Below, in pieces: positions 22,901 to 34,649 of a stretch of DNA of 64,000 nucleotides. The stretch is from an uncultured Spirochaetaceae bacterium (GTDB taxonomy: Bacteria; Spirochaetota; Spirochaetia; SZUA-6; DRHE01). How positions within the stretch are numbered: the stretch's first letter is position 1; each line of letters opens with the position of its first letter. The notes under the pieces are model-generated. The model was given only the letters and a program-made list of their open reading frames with translations, did no database searches and was not told the DNA's origin. Made by a program: the position numbers and the translations under genes. Location of the stretch: assembly GCA_964588355.1 (NCBI GenBank), contig CAZPPB010000005.1, forward strand, positions 218-64,217, written 5' to 3'.

Positions 22901-23349
22901 TCCAGGATGAGCCTCGGTATCTCCCCGCCCATGCATCCGGACAGGGCTATAAGGCCCCGGCTGTGCCGCTGGAGAAGTTCGTCGTCGATGCGGGGTTTGT
23001 AGTAGAAACCCTCCACATAGGAGAGAGTGGACAGCTTCAGCAGATTCTGATAGCCCGTCACATCTTTTGCCAATAAAACGATATGGTAGTAACGGGCTGA
23101 CCCTTCGGTCCCGGACTTGCTGAACCTGGAACCCGGAGCGATGTAGAACTCCGAACCGATGACCGGCTTGATCTCCTGTTTGCGGCACTCGAGATAGAAC
23201 TTCAAGCTTCCGAACATGTTGCCGTGATCGGTGAGTGCAAGGGCAGACATGTTCAGCGCCTTGGCTTTGGCAACCAGACTTTCTATGGATGCCGCTCCGT
23301 CAAGAAGCGAGAAATCGGAGTGATTGTGAAGGTGTACAAAATCTGACAT
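19933..23349 (-). CDS. dnaE: DNA polymerase III alpha subunit
   Basis: PHP motifs HLHNHS, TDHGN, NDIHY; GRGSGAGS; MPDFDIDF; KMDFLGL; FNKSH. Confidence 0.98.
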   Translation of the reverse strand: MSDFVHLHNHSDFSLLDGAASIESLVAKAKALNMSALALTDHGNMFGSLKFYLECRKQEIKPVIGSEFYIAPGSRFSKSGTEGSARYYHIVLLAKDVTGYQNLLKLSTLSYVEGFYYKPRIDDELLQRHSRGLIALSGCMGGEIPRLILDGQKQAARDKARFYDELFGRGNFYLELQYQGIPEQRTILSGLSELARETGIPTVATNDIHYTDKEDAYSQDILICIGTGKKVSEGKRLKFAYPEFYFKSREEMARALPEFPESLTNTRVIADMCDLEIPLPGPLLPHYEVPEGYTLGSYLSELAHRGLAERYSESGPEIRERLDYELSVINTMGYTGYFLIVWDFIHYARENGIPVGPGRGSGAGSLAAYALKITDIDPLKYGLLFERFLNPERVSMPDFDIDFCYEGRPAVIDYVLRKYGSDRVGQIITFGTLKARAVIRDVARVLDIPYAEADAIAKRVPLGPKMNLRKAMKVDPELARMTSLGENYKKLLDVSLRLEGLHRHASTHAAGIVIGQQELTHYVPLYRDPKTETVSTQYSMDYLEDCGLVKMDFLGLKTLTIIKNTIDLLKRRGVNMEIDRIPENDPATFRLLGEGRSTCIFQFESQGMQEILRKSKPTSIPDLIALNALYRPGPMEYIDQFIDAKNGKKRIQYPLPELEPILEETYGVIVYQEQVMEIARQVAGYSLGEADILRRAMGKKKVDVMARQKVKFLKGAAAKGYSGAQAEKIFELLVPFAGYGFNKSHAAAYSLLAYQTAYLKANYPAEFMAANLTNEINSTDKLSEYIAEARTMGLEVLPPDINVSEQEFTVREGKIVYGLRGIKNVGSAAVDHIVEERNQGGAFKDLLEFLKRLDLKTVNRKVVETLIRCGLFDNLGTGRAVLMHNLDRILETVNSFKEIQKYGQTTLFDPLEENESPLIMEPCPPWPALEKLTHEKQNLGFYFSGHPLDKYRNHIQNHGNLDLSRLTACSAQRTYTVIGILKEIKEITTRTGRRMAFAQLEDFRGTVELVLFSDVFEKSRERLVGDSVMVARGRIDNSRGEPKLLVESLLDPEELKDKQARAVHLRFASAEGNEEQFLRLRDFIVDKPGDCGVYFHVRGNGASGEVVIKASPHITLSAEDRVLAEVREHPLVEDVWKE

Positions 23350-23442
23350 ATTGGCTGCAGGCTGTGTCTTGCGCGCTTCCCGAACTTCCGAATCGATAGT
23401 ACCACGTTTGCCCTGAAAAGGAGAAGCTCCCCGGCAGGCGTA

Positions 23443-24333
23443 TTACAGTAAATCCAGGCTGCGGATGTTGATCTTTTCGAGAAAGGAGCGAAACAGGCGA
23501 AGGGAGGTGGCCGCCCTGTAGCGGCCTTTCGGGTTATCCGCAACCTGATCGGTCAGAGCATCGCCCAGTTCGCGTGACAGGGTATCGATGAGTCTCGCCG
23601 GCATAGGGAGGTTGGCGCTTTTCAAACGCTCCTCCAATACGGGCATACGAAATACCGGTGTTTCCAAGCCACCTAAGCAGAAGTGCAGTGTTTCGAGGCT
23701 GCCCTTGGGGAAACGGGCTACACCGGCGAAGCTCAGGGTGGTCGCGAATCCCGAGCCGCCGTGTACCTTGCGGGTTACGGCGAAATCCCATTCCTCCAAG
23801 GGCACCCGGATTCGGGTAAGAATTTCACCTGGACGCAGGTCCGGCAGATTTCCTCTGCCGAAAAACTCCCCCACCTCCACCCAGCGGGTCGAGCCTGCGG
23901 TTCGCAGCTCCAACTGGGTATCGATGACGCTCAAAGCCGGCAGGCTGTCACCCCGACAGGCCCTCAAGGAGATATTGCCGCCGAGAGTAGCCAGGTTGCG
24001 AATCCCGGGTGTAGCGATCTTCGAAAGTGTTTCGAACAGAACCGGGGGAAGAACGTTGCGTCCGATGCTGAGAATCCTGGATAGATCCAGGACCGAGCCG
24101 ATGTCTAGGTAGCGCTGCCCCCGGGAGATCCGGTTCAGCTCCTGGACATTCCCCAGGTAGATCACCTTCTGCGGCAGGTTCAAGGGGCGGCCGCTGCCCA
24201 TCTGGGCCTGCCTGGCTATCTCGGTTCCCCCGGCGTACAGCAGCGCTCCGGGATTTCGGGTGAACAGACGCAGCGTTCCCCCGAGACTCTTGGGGCGAAA
24301 TACCCTAACTTCTTTCAACGCGTCTTCGGCCAT
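23443..24333 (-). CDS. Xanthine dehydrogenase/CoxM-family FAD-binding subunit
   Basis: AGGTEI, IRNLATLGGNI, GDSLPAL, GEILTRIRVP. Confidence 0.85.
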   Translation of the reverse strand: MAEDALKEVRVFRPKSLGGTLRLFTRNPGALLYAGGTEIARQAQMGSGRPLNLPQKVIYLGNVQELNRISRGQRYLDIGSVLDLSRILSIGRNVLPPVLFETLSKIATPGIRNLATLGGNISLRACRGDSLPALSVIDTQLELRTAGSTRWVEVGEFFGRGNLPDLRPGEILTRIRVPLEEWDFAVTRKVHGGSGFATTLSFAGVARFPKGSLETLHFCLGGLETPVFRMPVLEERLKSANLPMPARLIDTLSRELGDALTDQVADNPKGRYRAATSLRLFRSFLEKINIRSLDLL

Positions 24334-24799
24334 ACCTTCGTTTCCTGCTGCTTCGTTCGACAACGGAATTCACGATCCTTCTGTAGCTGCCGCAGGAGCA
24401 GAGATTGCCCGTAAGAGCCTGAAGGATCGCCTCCTTCCCCGGCTCCGGGTCGGACAACAGCAAGGCCGCCAGGGCCACCTGCATTCCCGAGGAACAGAAT
24501 CCGCAGCGGTACACGTCACAGTCGGGTAATTTTTTTCGAATATCCGCGAAGGATTTGAGGCTGTGAATCCCCTCTATTGTCACGATCTCCGCATCGCTAA
24601 GGGTAAAAGCCGGGATCAGGCAGGAGTTGACAGCGACGCCGTTCATGAGCACCAGGCAGGCTCCGCACTCTCCGCGGGCACAGCCTTCCCGGGTTGCCTT
24701 CAAACCAAAGTCGCAACGAAGAACGTCCAACAGGCGGGCACCGGGATGGGCCTGAAGCAGCACGGGCTGTTCATTCAGGATGAAGCGCAGCTTTATCAC
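24305..24799 (-). CDS. Xanthine dehydrogenase/CoxS-family 2x[2Fe-2S] subunit
   Basis: GCARGECGAC...NSCL, CGFCSSG, GNLCSCGSY; GTG start overlaps the upstream TGA (GTGA). Confidence 0.88.
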   Translation of the reverse strand: MIKLRFILNEQPVLLQAHPGARLLDVLRCDFGLKATREGCARGECGACLVLMNGVAVNSCLIPAFTLSDAEIVTIEGIHSLKSFADIRKKLPDCDVYRCGFCSSGMQVALAALLLSDPEPGKEAILQALTGNLCSCGSYRRIVNSVVERSSRKRRYGRRRVERS

Positions 24800-26892
24800 G
24801 TTTCCAGGCACTGTTGGATAACCTCCGCCGTGATCGGCACCTGATCTATATACAATCCGGTAGCCTGACAAACCGCCTCCGCATAGGAGGCGGGAACCCC
24901 GAGGTAGGGAAGATGTTCGAAGCCCTTCATCTCAGCACTTTGGCTCTCTAATAGACGGATCTGGATCTCGGGCAGCTCGGTTGCAGAGGGAACCAGATCG
25001 CCGGCGAAACAGGCAGTCAGCGCAGAGGCAGCTGCGGCCGTGTATCCCAACAGCCGGCTCGAACCCAGACAGCGAAGGATTTCCCCCTCCAACATTCCCA
25101 GTATCGCGGTTCGATCCCAGACCGCTCCCGTTTCTACCGCCATCCAGATACCCCGGCAGGTGCTCTGGAAGGTCACCGGATCCAGTTCCACTTCGACGAC
25201 CGTGGCAGCCCAGGAAAGATCCCCCGCCTCCTCACCGGCTCTGCGCTTTCCCTGTGCATGTCGATCACCTCCAAGCCCGTGCTGCTGCTCCGCAGAGAGG
25301 CTTCTGCGCACCTCGATCGGCAAGGCAAAACCTTTGCGCTTGCGCTGAATGCTCCAGCAGCACTGTTCGAGCAGGGGGAGAGCAACCGCGACGACCCGGG
25401 AGAGGATGGTGGGGCCCGTGTCGGGCACCTCCCGAGTATCCACGGGCTGCACCGTGATTTTTTTAGGATCCAGCCCGAGAAGCTCCGCCGCCCTGTGAAT
25501 GAGGATTCCATGGATTCCCATTGCAGAGTCCACCAGGGAGGTGTAGATCCGCAGGCGCCGATTCCTGTCGAGAACGAGTTTCATCGCCGAGCTCTTGGGA
25601 GCCGGCTCGAGGTTGTGCAGATCTGCCGACCACCCCCGCCCATCCTGATAAGCAAGGGCCAGTCCGATTCCCCGCAGGGGATAGGTACCCTGATCGATGG
25701 TTTTCCTGCGTTTTTTTACAGCGGCATAGGCTGAGTATTTCCGGATGAAGTCCGACAGACCGGTAACCTCCTCCAACACCGCGAGCGCCGAGGCCGGCCC
25801 CTCCTTCCGTCCCGCTTGCGCCAGGTTCTCCCTCTTCCAGTTGAACGGATCCAGCTGGGCGATCTCCTCCAGCCGGGAGCTGTGCAGTTCCGCCGCAAAA
25901 AACGCCTGGGATAAACCTGAGGCTCGAAACGGACCGATCGGTGGAAAATCGGTCGCCACAGTTCGCCCGGTCACCTCCAGGTTCGGGATCTTGTAGGCTC
26001 CCCAGGCGCAGTGGACGGCCCGATGCAGGGCTTCACTGTTTTTTGGGGCGTAGCAGCCTCCGTCCATGAGGATCTGCACCCGCACCGCCATCGTACCACC
26101 ATCCTGATCCAGGGCGGTTTGATGGCGGATCTGAAACTGCGGACCCTTGGGAGAACAATGCAGATCCTCATCTCGGTCGTACACCAGAACCACGGGTTTC
26201 TTCGCAGTGTAGGCGAGCAAACCCGCCTGGGCGGCAACCAGAAACGAGGACAGCAGTTTGCCCTCCGTGCTGTTTCCGATCGGCACCGCCACCACCCTGA
26301 CCTTTCGGGGCGGCAGATTCAGACAGCCAGCGATCGCCAACTGCAGGCCGAAGGGATCCTGGGTAGCGGCATGAACGGTGAGGGACTTCCCGTCCCAGTC
26401 GGCCACTGCCCCCAGCGTGTCGGGATAGTAATGTTCCTGCCGGGCGGTGCGATACTCCCCCTCCACGATCTGCTCGGCCAAACTGAAGGCCAGATCCACG
26501 TCCCCGTGAGCTAGGTTGATGATCTGAGCCTCCCGATACGGTCCCGACAGGTCTTTGTACTCGACGGGGGGTTGCTCCTCATAGGACAGCTCGACCGCAG
26601 AGGATAACCGCCCCAACACCTCCGCATTGGGTCCGCAGAACAGAAGCAGAGGCTCTCCCAGGTAGCGGACCTTGGATTTCACGAGGATGGGCAAAGAGTA
26701 CCCGGCATAGGAAAGAACGCTCGTACCGGGGATATCCTGCTGGCCGACGCAGAAGTATCCCCGAGGCAGAATCGGAACACCGATGGCGGTGACAGTTCCT
26801 TTACGAAAGGGGGCGCGGAACACCGCAGCCCGGAGAGATCGTTTTGGAGCAATGTCGCTAATGAAGGGTTGCATCATGGCCTGACCCGTCAT
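24796..26892 (-). CDS. Xanthine dehydrogenase/CoxL-family molybdopterin-binding subunit, motifs degenerate
   Basis: Family layout recognisable (QEHY, GAYKIPN, FRASG, RGIG, DT..P..GPT..SR) but GGGFG, GQG and KGxGE equivalents are altered. Start uncertain. Confidence 0.78.
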   Translation of the reverse strand: MTGQAMMQPFISDIAPKRSLRAAVFRAPFRKGTVTAIGVPILPRGYFCVGQQDIPGTSVLSYAGYSLPILVKSKVRYLGEPLLLFCGPNAEVLGRLSSAVELSYEEQPPVEYKDLSGPYREAQIINLAHGDVDLAFSLAEQIVEGEYRTARQEHYYPDTLGAVADWDGKSLTVHAATQDPFGLQLAIAGCLNLPPRKVRVVAVPIGNSTEGKLLSSFLVAAQAGLLAYTAKKPVVLVYDRDEDLHCSPKGPQFQIRHQTALDQDGGTMAVRVQILMDGGCYAPKNSEALHRAVHCAWGAYKIPNLEVTGRTVATDFPPIGPFRASGLSQAFFAAELHSSRLEEIAQLDPFNWKRENLAQAGRKEGPASALAVLEEVTGLSDFIRKYSAYAAVKKRRKTIDQGTYPLRGIGLALAYQDGRGWSADLHNLEPAPKSSAMKLVLDRNRRLRIYTSLVDSAMGIHGILIHRAAELLGLDPKKITVQPVDTREVPDTGPTILSRVVAVALPLLEQCCWSIQRKRKGFALPIEVRRSLSAEQQHGLGGDRHAQGKRRAGEEAGDLSWAATVVEVELDPVTFQSTCRGIWMAVETGAVWDRTAILGMLEGEILRCLGSSRLLGYTAAAASALTACFAGDLVPSATELPEIQIRLLESQSAEMKGFEHLPYLGVPASYAEAVCQATGLYIDQVPITAEVIQQCLET

Positions 26893-26950
26893 TCTACTTT
26901 CACCCGCACGACGTGGCAATAGCAAGGTGAAAGCAGGCAGGAGCGGCGGG

Positions 26951-28138
26951 TTAATGCTTCTTGTAGAAGCGGGCGCCCAGTTCCTTTATCGCGGTAATGA
27001 CCCGCTCGACCTGTTCATCTTCCAGATCGGGATAGATCGGCAGGCTTATTGTCTCCAGGTAGCAGCGCAGAGCTGACGGAAAATCCCGCTCCTTGAGATC
27101 GTAGGTGTCGCGGTAGTAGGGCATGATGTGCAGGGGAATGAAGTGAACCGACACACCGATGCCCCGTTCCATCAGGGCGTCCACGAAACCGTCCCTGTCC
27201 ACGGTCAGCTTGGAGAGTACCAAACGGATCTGAAACAGATGCCAGGAGTGGGCTGGATCGCCCGCCGGCAGTCTCAGGTAGTCCAGTCCCTGCAAACCCC
27301 CGCGATACATCCGGGCGATCCGCTCCCGGGCCAGATAGAACCCTTCGGACTTCCGCAGCTGCACCCGCCCCAGGCTGGCTGCCAGATCCGTGAGATTGTA
27401 TTTGAATCCCGGCTCCCGCACTTCGTAGTACCAGGAGGCAGCCCTGGAGGTATACCGGTTCCACACGTCCCGGTCGATCCCGTGCAGCCGCATCATGCTC
27501 ATGCGGCGGGCCAGCTCCCCGTCACGGGTCACCACCATGCCCCCCTCCCCGGTTGTAATCGGCTTGGTGGCGTAGAAGGAGTACACCCCCATGGCACCGA
27601 CGGTTCCGGGTGCCTTCTCCTGGCCTTCACGGGGAAGACAGTGGGCCGCATCCTCGATGACCGTGGCTCCGTGAGCCGCCGCCAGGTCCAGGATCGTGTC
27701 CATACGGCAGGGAAGACCTCCAACATGCACGGGGATCACGGCAGCGATCGAAGGATCGTCGGCAAAGGCCTTCTCCAGACCCTCAGGACTGATATTGCAG
27801 ATGTCCTCCTCGATATCTACGAACAGAGGATCGGCGCCCAGGTAGCGGATCACTTCCGCGGTGGCGGCAAACGTATAGGGGGTGGTGGCCACCCTGCTTT
27901 TCTCCCGAACACCGGCGGCCTCCAAACAGAGGTGAAGCCCCGCGGTGGCCGAGTTGACCGCCAGGGCGTGCTCCACTCCTGCCCGGAGCGCAAACTCCCG
28001 TTCGAACTGCAGCGTCACCTCTCCGGTAGTCAGCCACCCGCCGCGCAGGACCGAAAGGACCGCCTCCTCCTCTTCCCGATCGATGGAGGGTCTATAGAAG
28101 GGGATGAAATCGGGGACGAAATCAGTGGGCCGGTTCAT
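26951..28138 (-). CDS. DegT/DnrJ/EryC1/StrS PLP-dependent sugar aminotransferase
   Basis: AVNSATAGLHL, IEDAAH, SFYATKPITTGEGG (PLP lysine), GFKYN. Confidence 0.93.
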   Translation of the reverse strand: MNRPTDFVPDFIPFYRPSIDREEEEAVLSVLRGGWLTTGEVTLQFEREFALRAGVEHALAVNSATAGLHLCLEAAGVREKSRVATTPYTFAATAEVIRYLGADPLFVDIEEDICNISPEGLEKAFADDPSIAAVIPVHVGGLPCRMDTILDLAAAHGATVIEDAAHCLPREGQEKAPGTVGAMGVYSFYATKPITTGEGGMVVTRDGELARRMSMMRLHGIDRDVWNRYTSRAASWYYEVREPGFKYNLTDLAASLGRVQLRKSEGFYLARERIARMYRGGLQGLDYLRLPAGDPAHSWHLFQIRLVLSKLTVDRDGFVDALMERGIGVSVHFIPLHIMPYYRDTYDLKERDFPSALRCYLETISLPIYPDLEDEQVERVITAIKELGARFYKKH

Positions 28139-29603
28139 CTTCGGGCACCAGGAGGGTGGGAACGATCTCTTTGAGGGTCTGTCGGAGCGCGTTCCGGTTG
28201 CGGTAAACCTGCGCCTTCCGGTCGTTATAAAAGCAGATCGGCCGCAGCCGATCGATGACCCCCTCCAACTGCCCGTTCAGAGCGTAGTGGCGGTCGAGCT
28301 TGAGGATCTTCGGGTATTCCGTGGATTTTGCCCGATCCCCGTTGCTCCACAGGCTCTCCACCAGCTTTTCGCCGGGGCGAAGGCCGGTGTAGACGATCGG
28401 GATCTCCTCCCGGGGTTCGTAGCCGTAGAAACGCACCATCTGCTCGGCCATTTCTTTGATCGATACCGGTTCCCCCATATCGAGCAGATACAGGCCCCGC
28501 GGCTCTCCGACCCCGCCGGCTTGAAGCACCAGACTCGAGGCCTCCGGGATCGTCATAAAGAAACGCCTGCTCTCCGGATCTGTGACCGTAACCGGTCCGC
28601 CCTTGAGGATCTGGCTGCGGAACAGGGGCAGGATACTTCCCCGGGAACCGAGAACGTTGCCGAAGCGCACGACCAGAAACACTTTGCCGGGACTGTCCTG
28701 CCGCAGCACCAGCTCTTCGGCGATCAGCTTGGAAGCCCCGTATACGCTGTTTGGATCTACCGCTTTGTCCGTGGAAACCAGGAGGAAGCGTTCGACCTCC
28801 GCGGCCAGGGCCGCGTCGACTATATTCTTCGTCCCGAATACGTTATTTTTTACAGCCTCCACGGGATTGGCCTCGAGCATTGGAACGTGCTTGTGAGCGG
28901 CTGTGTGAAACACCACATCCGCCCGGGTCCGTTCAACGATGTAGCGCATGAAGTCCCGATCCTGAAGCTCTCCCAGGATCGGCACAATCGTGGCCCGCTC
29001 TCCGACACCCTCCTCCTGGAGAAGACGCAGCTCCCGTTCGATCTCATAGATGCTGTTCTCGCCGTGTCCGAACAAAAACAACCGCTCCGCCCCGCCGGAC
29101 AGCAGCTGCCTGCTGAGCTCGGCACCGATGCTGCCCCCCGCCCCGGTCACCAGAACTCGTCTGCCCCGTAGATAGGCCAGGCTCTTTTTCAAATTGACCT
29201 GGACCGGATCTCGGGTAAGAAGATCCTCCGGATTGATCTGGCGGGCCTGGATCAGGTGTGCTTCCCCGTCGAAGATCTGGGAGATCCGGGGTACGAAGCG
29301 GATGCGCACAAATCCGGCCTGGACCAGAAGCCGGAAGATACGCTTCAACTGCTCCCTACTGGCCCCGGGGATGGCGATGATCGCCTCGTCGGCGGGAGTT
29401 GTCTTGAGCAGTTCGACAACCTCCTCTATCGGACCGAGAACCGGGGTGGAATGAATGCGGGATCCGATCTTCTGCGGATCGTCGTCCAGGAAAGCAACAA
29501 CCCTGCCGAAAATCCCCTTTTTGCGGATCTCCCGGGCCAGGGTGATCCCGGTGATGCCCGCCCCGATGATATATATTCTGTTGTCGGATCTGCGCGGAGT
29601 CAT
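28122..29603 (-). CDS. CapD/PglF-like nucleotide-sugar 4,6-dehydratase lacking the N-terminal membrane region
   Basis: FLDDDPQK, TGAGGSIG, AAHKHVP, STDKAV, YGASK, RFGNVLGSRGS, GLRPGEKL. Confidence 0.9.
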   Translation of the reverse strand: MTPRRSDNRIYIIGAGITGITLAREIRKKGIFGRVVAFLDDDPQKIGSRIHSTPVLGPIEEVVELLKTTPADEAIIAIPGASREQLKRIFRLLVQAGFVRIRFVPRISQIFDGEAHLIQARQINPEDLLTRDPVQVNLKKSLAYLRGRRVLVTGAGGSIGAELSRQLLSGGAERLFLFGHGENSIYEIERELRLLQEEGVGERATIVPILGELQDRDFMRYIVERTRADVVFHTAAHKHVPMLEANPVEAVKNNVFGTKNIVDAALAAEVERFLLVSTDKAVDPNSVYGASKLIAEELVLRQDSPGKVFLVVRFGNVLGSRGSILPLFRSQILKGGPVTVTDPESRRFFMTIPEASSLVLQAGGVGEPRGLYLLDMGEPVSIKEMAEQMVRFYGYEPREEIPIVYTGLRPGEKLVESLWSNGDRAKSTEYPKILKLDRHYALNGQLEGVIDRLRPICFYNDRKAQVYRNRNALRQTLKEIVPTLLVPEDEPAH

Positions 29604-29700
29604 AGCTCTACTAGATTCTCGGAATATTATAAGGAGTCGCTTAACGGGTTATGATCCTGGTGGATTTCCAGGGACGGCTTGAAATGGATGTTTCGGCGGC

Positions 29701-30234
29701 TCAGCTGGAAGTTGGCTGATCCAATGCCTTTTCCAGAGAGTCGAAGCCGAAATCGATCAGGAAGGAGTCCTCGTACAGCTCCAGGCGAATCCGTGCCCGC
29801 CCCTTGCGGCGATCGACCTTGACCACCCGGCCTTCCATCCCCTTCAAAGGCCCGGAGATCACTCGGATCCGATTGTCCTGATCGAAGAACACCCTGGACC
29901 TCTGAACGACCTCGCCGTAGGAGAGAAAGTGGAGAAGGATCTGCCGATCTCGAGCGCTGAGCGGTTCGATATGCTGATTGTCCTTGAGATAGCGCAGAAA
30001 TCCGGGGATCCTCCTCAGCGCCCCGTACAGCGTCGCTGAGACTGATTCAGCCTGCAGGAAGAGATAACCCGGGAAGATAGAAGCCACCGAGTTCTTCCAC
30101 TCGCCCCGGCGACGGATGCGCAGGGCTCTCCTGGGCCAAAACAGCTGTTCCGCCGGAGCCTGGAGAACCTTGTCGGCTTGTCTGATGTACTGCTGTTCTT
30201 TTCCGGTCCGCACCTGGATTACAAAAAGAGCCAT
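29701..30234 (-). CDS. loaP: NusG paralog, LoaP-type antiterminator
   Basis: VRTGKE, IFPGYLF, ISGPLKGMEG and a basic KVDRRKGRA loop in the KOW domain; heads polysaccharide genes; a separate housekeeping nusG is present. Confidence 0.75.
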   Translation of the reverse strand: MALFVIQVRTGKEQQYIRQADKVLQAPAEQLFWPRRALRIRRRGEWKNSVASIFPGYLFLQAESVSATLYGALRRIPGFLRYLKDNQHIEPLSARDRQILLHFLSYGEVVQRSRVFFDQDNRIRVISGPLKGMEGRVVKVDRRKGRARIRLELYEDSFLIDFGFDSLEKALDQPTSS

Positions 30235-30326
30235 ATTTGATATGCACTACCGTACCATGTCGACTTCTCGCCTTTCAATGCGTTTGCACCGATAATGAGG
30301 TAAACAGCAATCCTGCGGAGCCGCCG

Positions 30327-30878
30327 ATGAAACTCAAAGCACTCGTACTACAGTTCCTGATCCTTTCCTCCGTCACCGGTTTCGGCCAGACCTTCATGAT
30401 CGTGGCCAACGAGATTCGGGACGGGGAAGAGCTCAGCCGCCCCTTCGCCAGCCAGGAAGGGATGATCGAGGGGATGTTCGACTCCGGCTACGTGAACTTC
30501 GATACCGGATTGTACGCACCCGCGGTGGACTGGAAGGCGATGGATTTTCGGGAACCTCTGGCCATCGCCCGACAGGGCCTGGCTCAATACCTGCTGGCCG
30601 CAGAAGTACGGTCGTCCACCGAACCCCGGGAGCCGACCACAGTACAGCGGGATGGCGGGGAGAGTAATGTGCAGGGGCTGCTGAAAATCGAAACGTCTGT
30701 GCTTTACTATCTTTTCGACGTCAGAAACTCAAGCCCCCTCGGCAGGGGGGAGATGTTTTTCGACAATGAAAGCCCTGAAACCCTGGAGCTCACCTATACC
30801 CAGTTCCTCCACTCCGTGGGTCGGGATATCGCGCAACGGGGTATCGAGCTGATGAGAAACAACGCGGTAAACCGTTAA
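30327..30878 (+). CDS. Hypothetical exported protein
   Basis: Signal-peptide-like MKLKALVLQFLILSSVTGFGQ; start chosen at ATG 30327. Confidence 0.7.
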   Translation: MKLKALVLQFLILSSVTGFGQTFMIVANEIRDGEELSRPFASQEGMIEGMFDSGYVNFDTGLYAPAVDWKAMDFREPLAIARQGLAQYLLAAEVRSSTEPREPTTVQRDGGESNVQGLLKIETSVLYYLFDVRNSSPLGRGEMFFDNESPETLELTYTQFLHSVGRDIAQRGIELMRNNAVNR

Positions 30879-30993
30879 ACCGCTTCGTTTTCCCTCAGTT
30901 TACATCCCCATTTCGCTTTTCTGTTTTTCCTGCTATACTGTTCATTCAGGGGTTGAAACAGCCGATGTAAGAGAAGAGGGTATATCTCTTACC

Positions 30994-34540
<3,547 letters not shown>

Positions 34541-34581
34541 TCTAATCCGCCCGGAACAGCCCCGACCCTGAAAAATTATCA

Positions 34582-34610
34582 TTGACGCCTCTGTTGCTTC
34601 GGATTACAGT
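34582..34610 (+). promoter_or_regulatory. Sigma70-type promoter of the BMP ABC operon
   Basis: TTGACG, 17 nt spacer, TACAGT. Confidence 0.65.
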
Positions 34611-34649
34611 ACTAGGAAATCAATCAATGCATGAAGGAGGTGGAAATCC

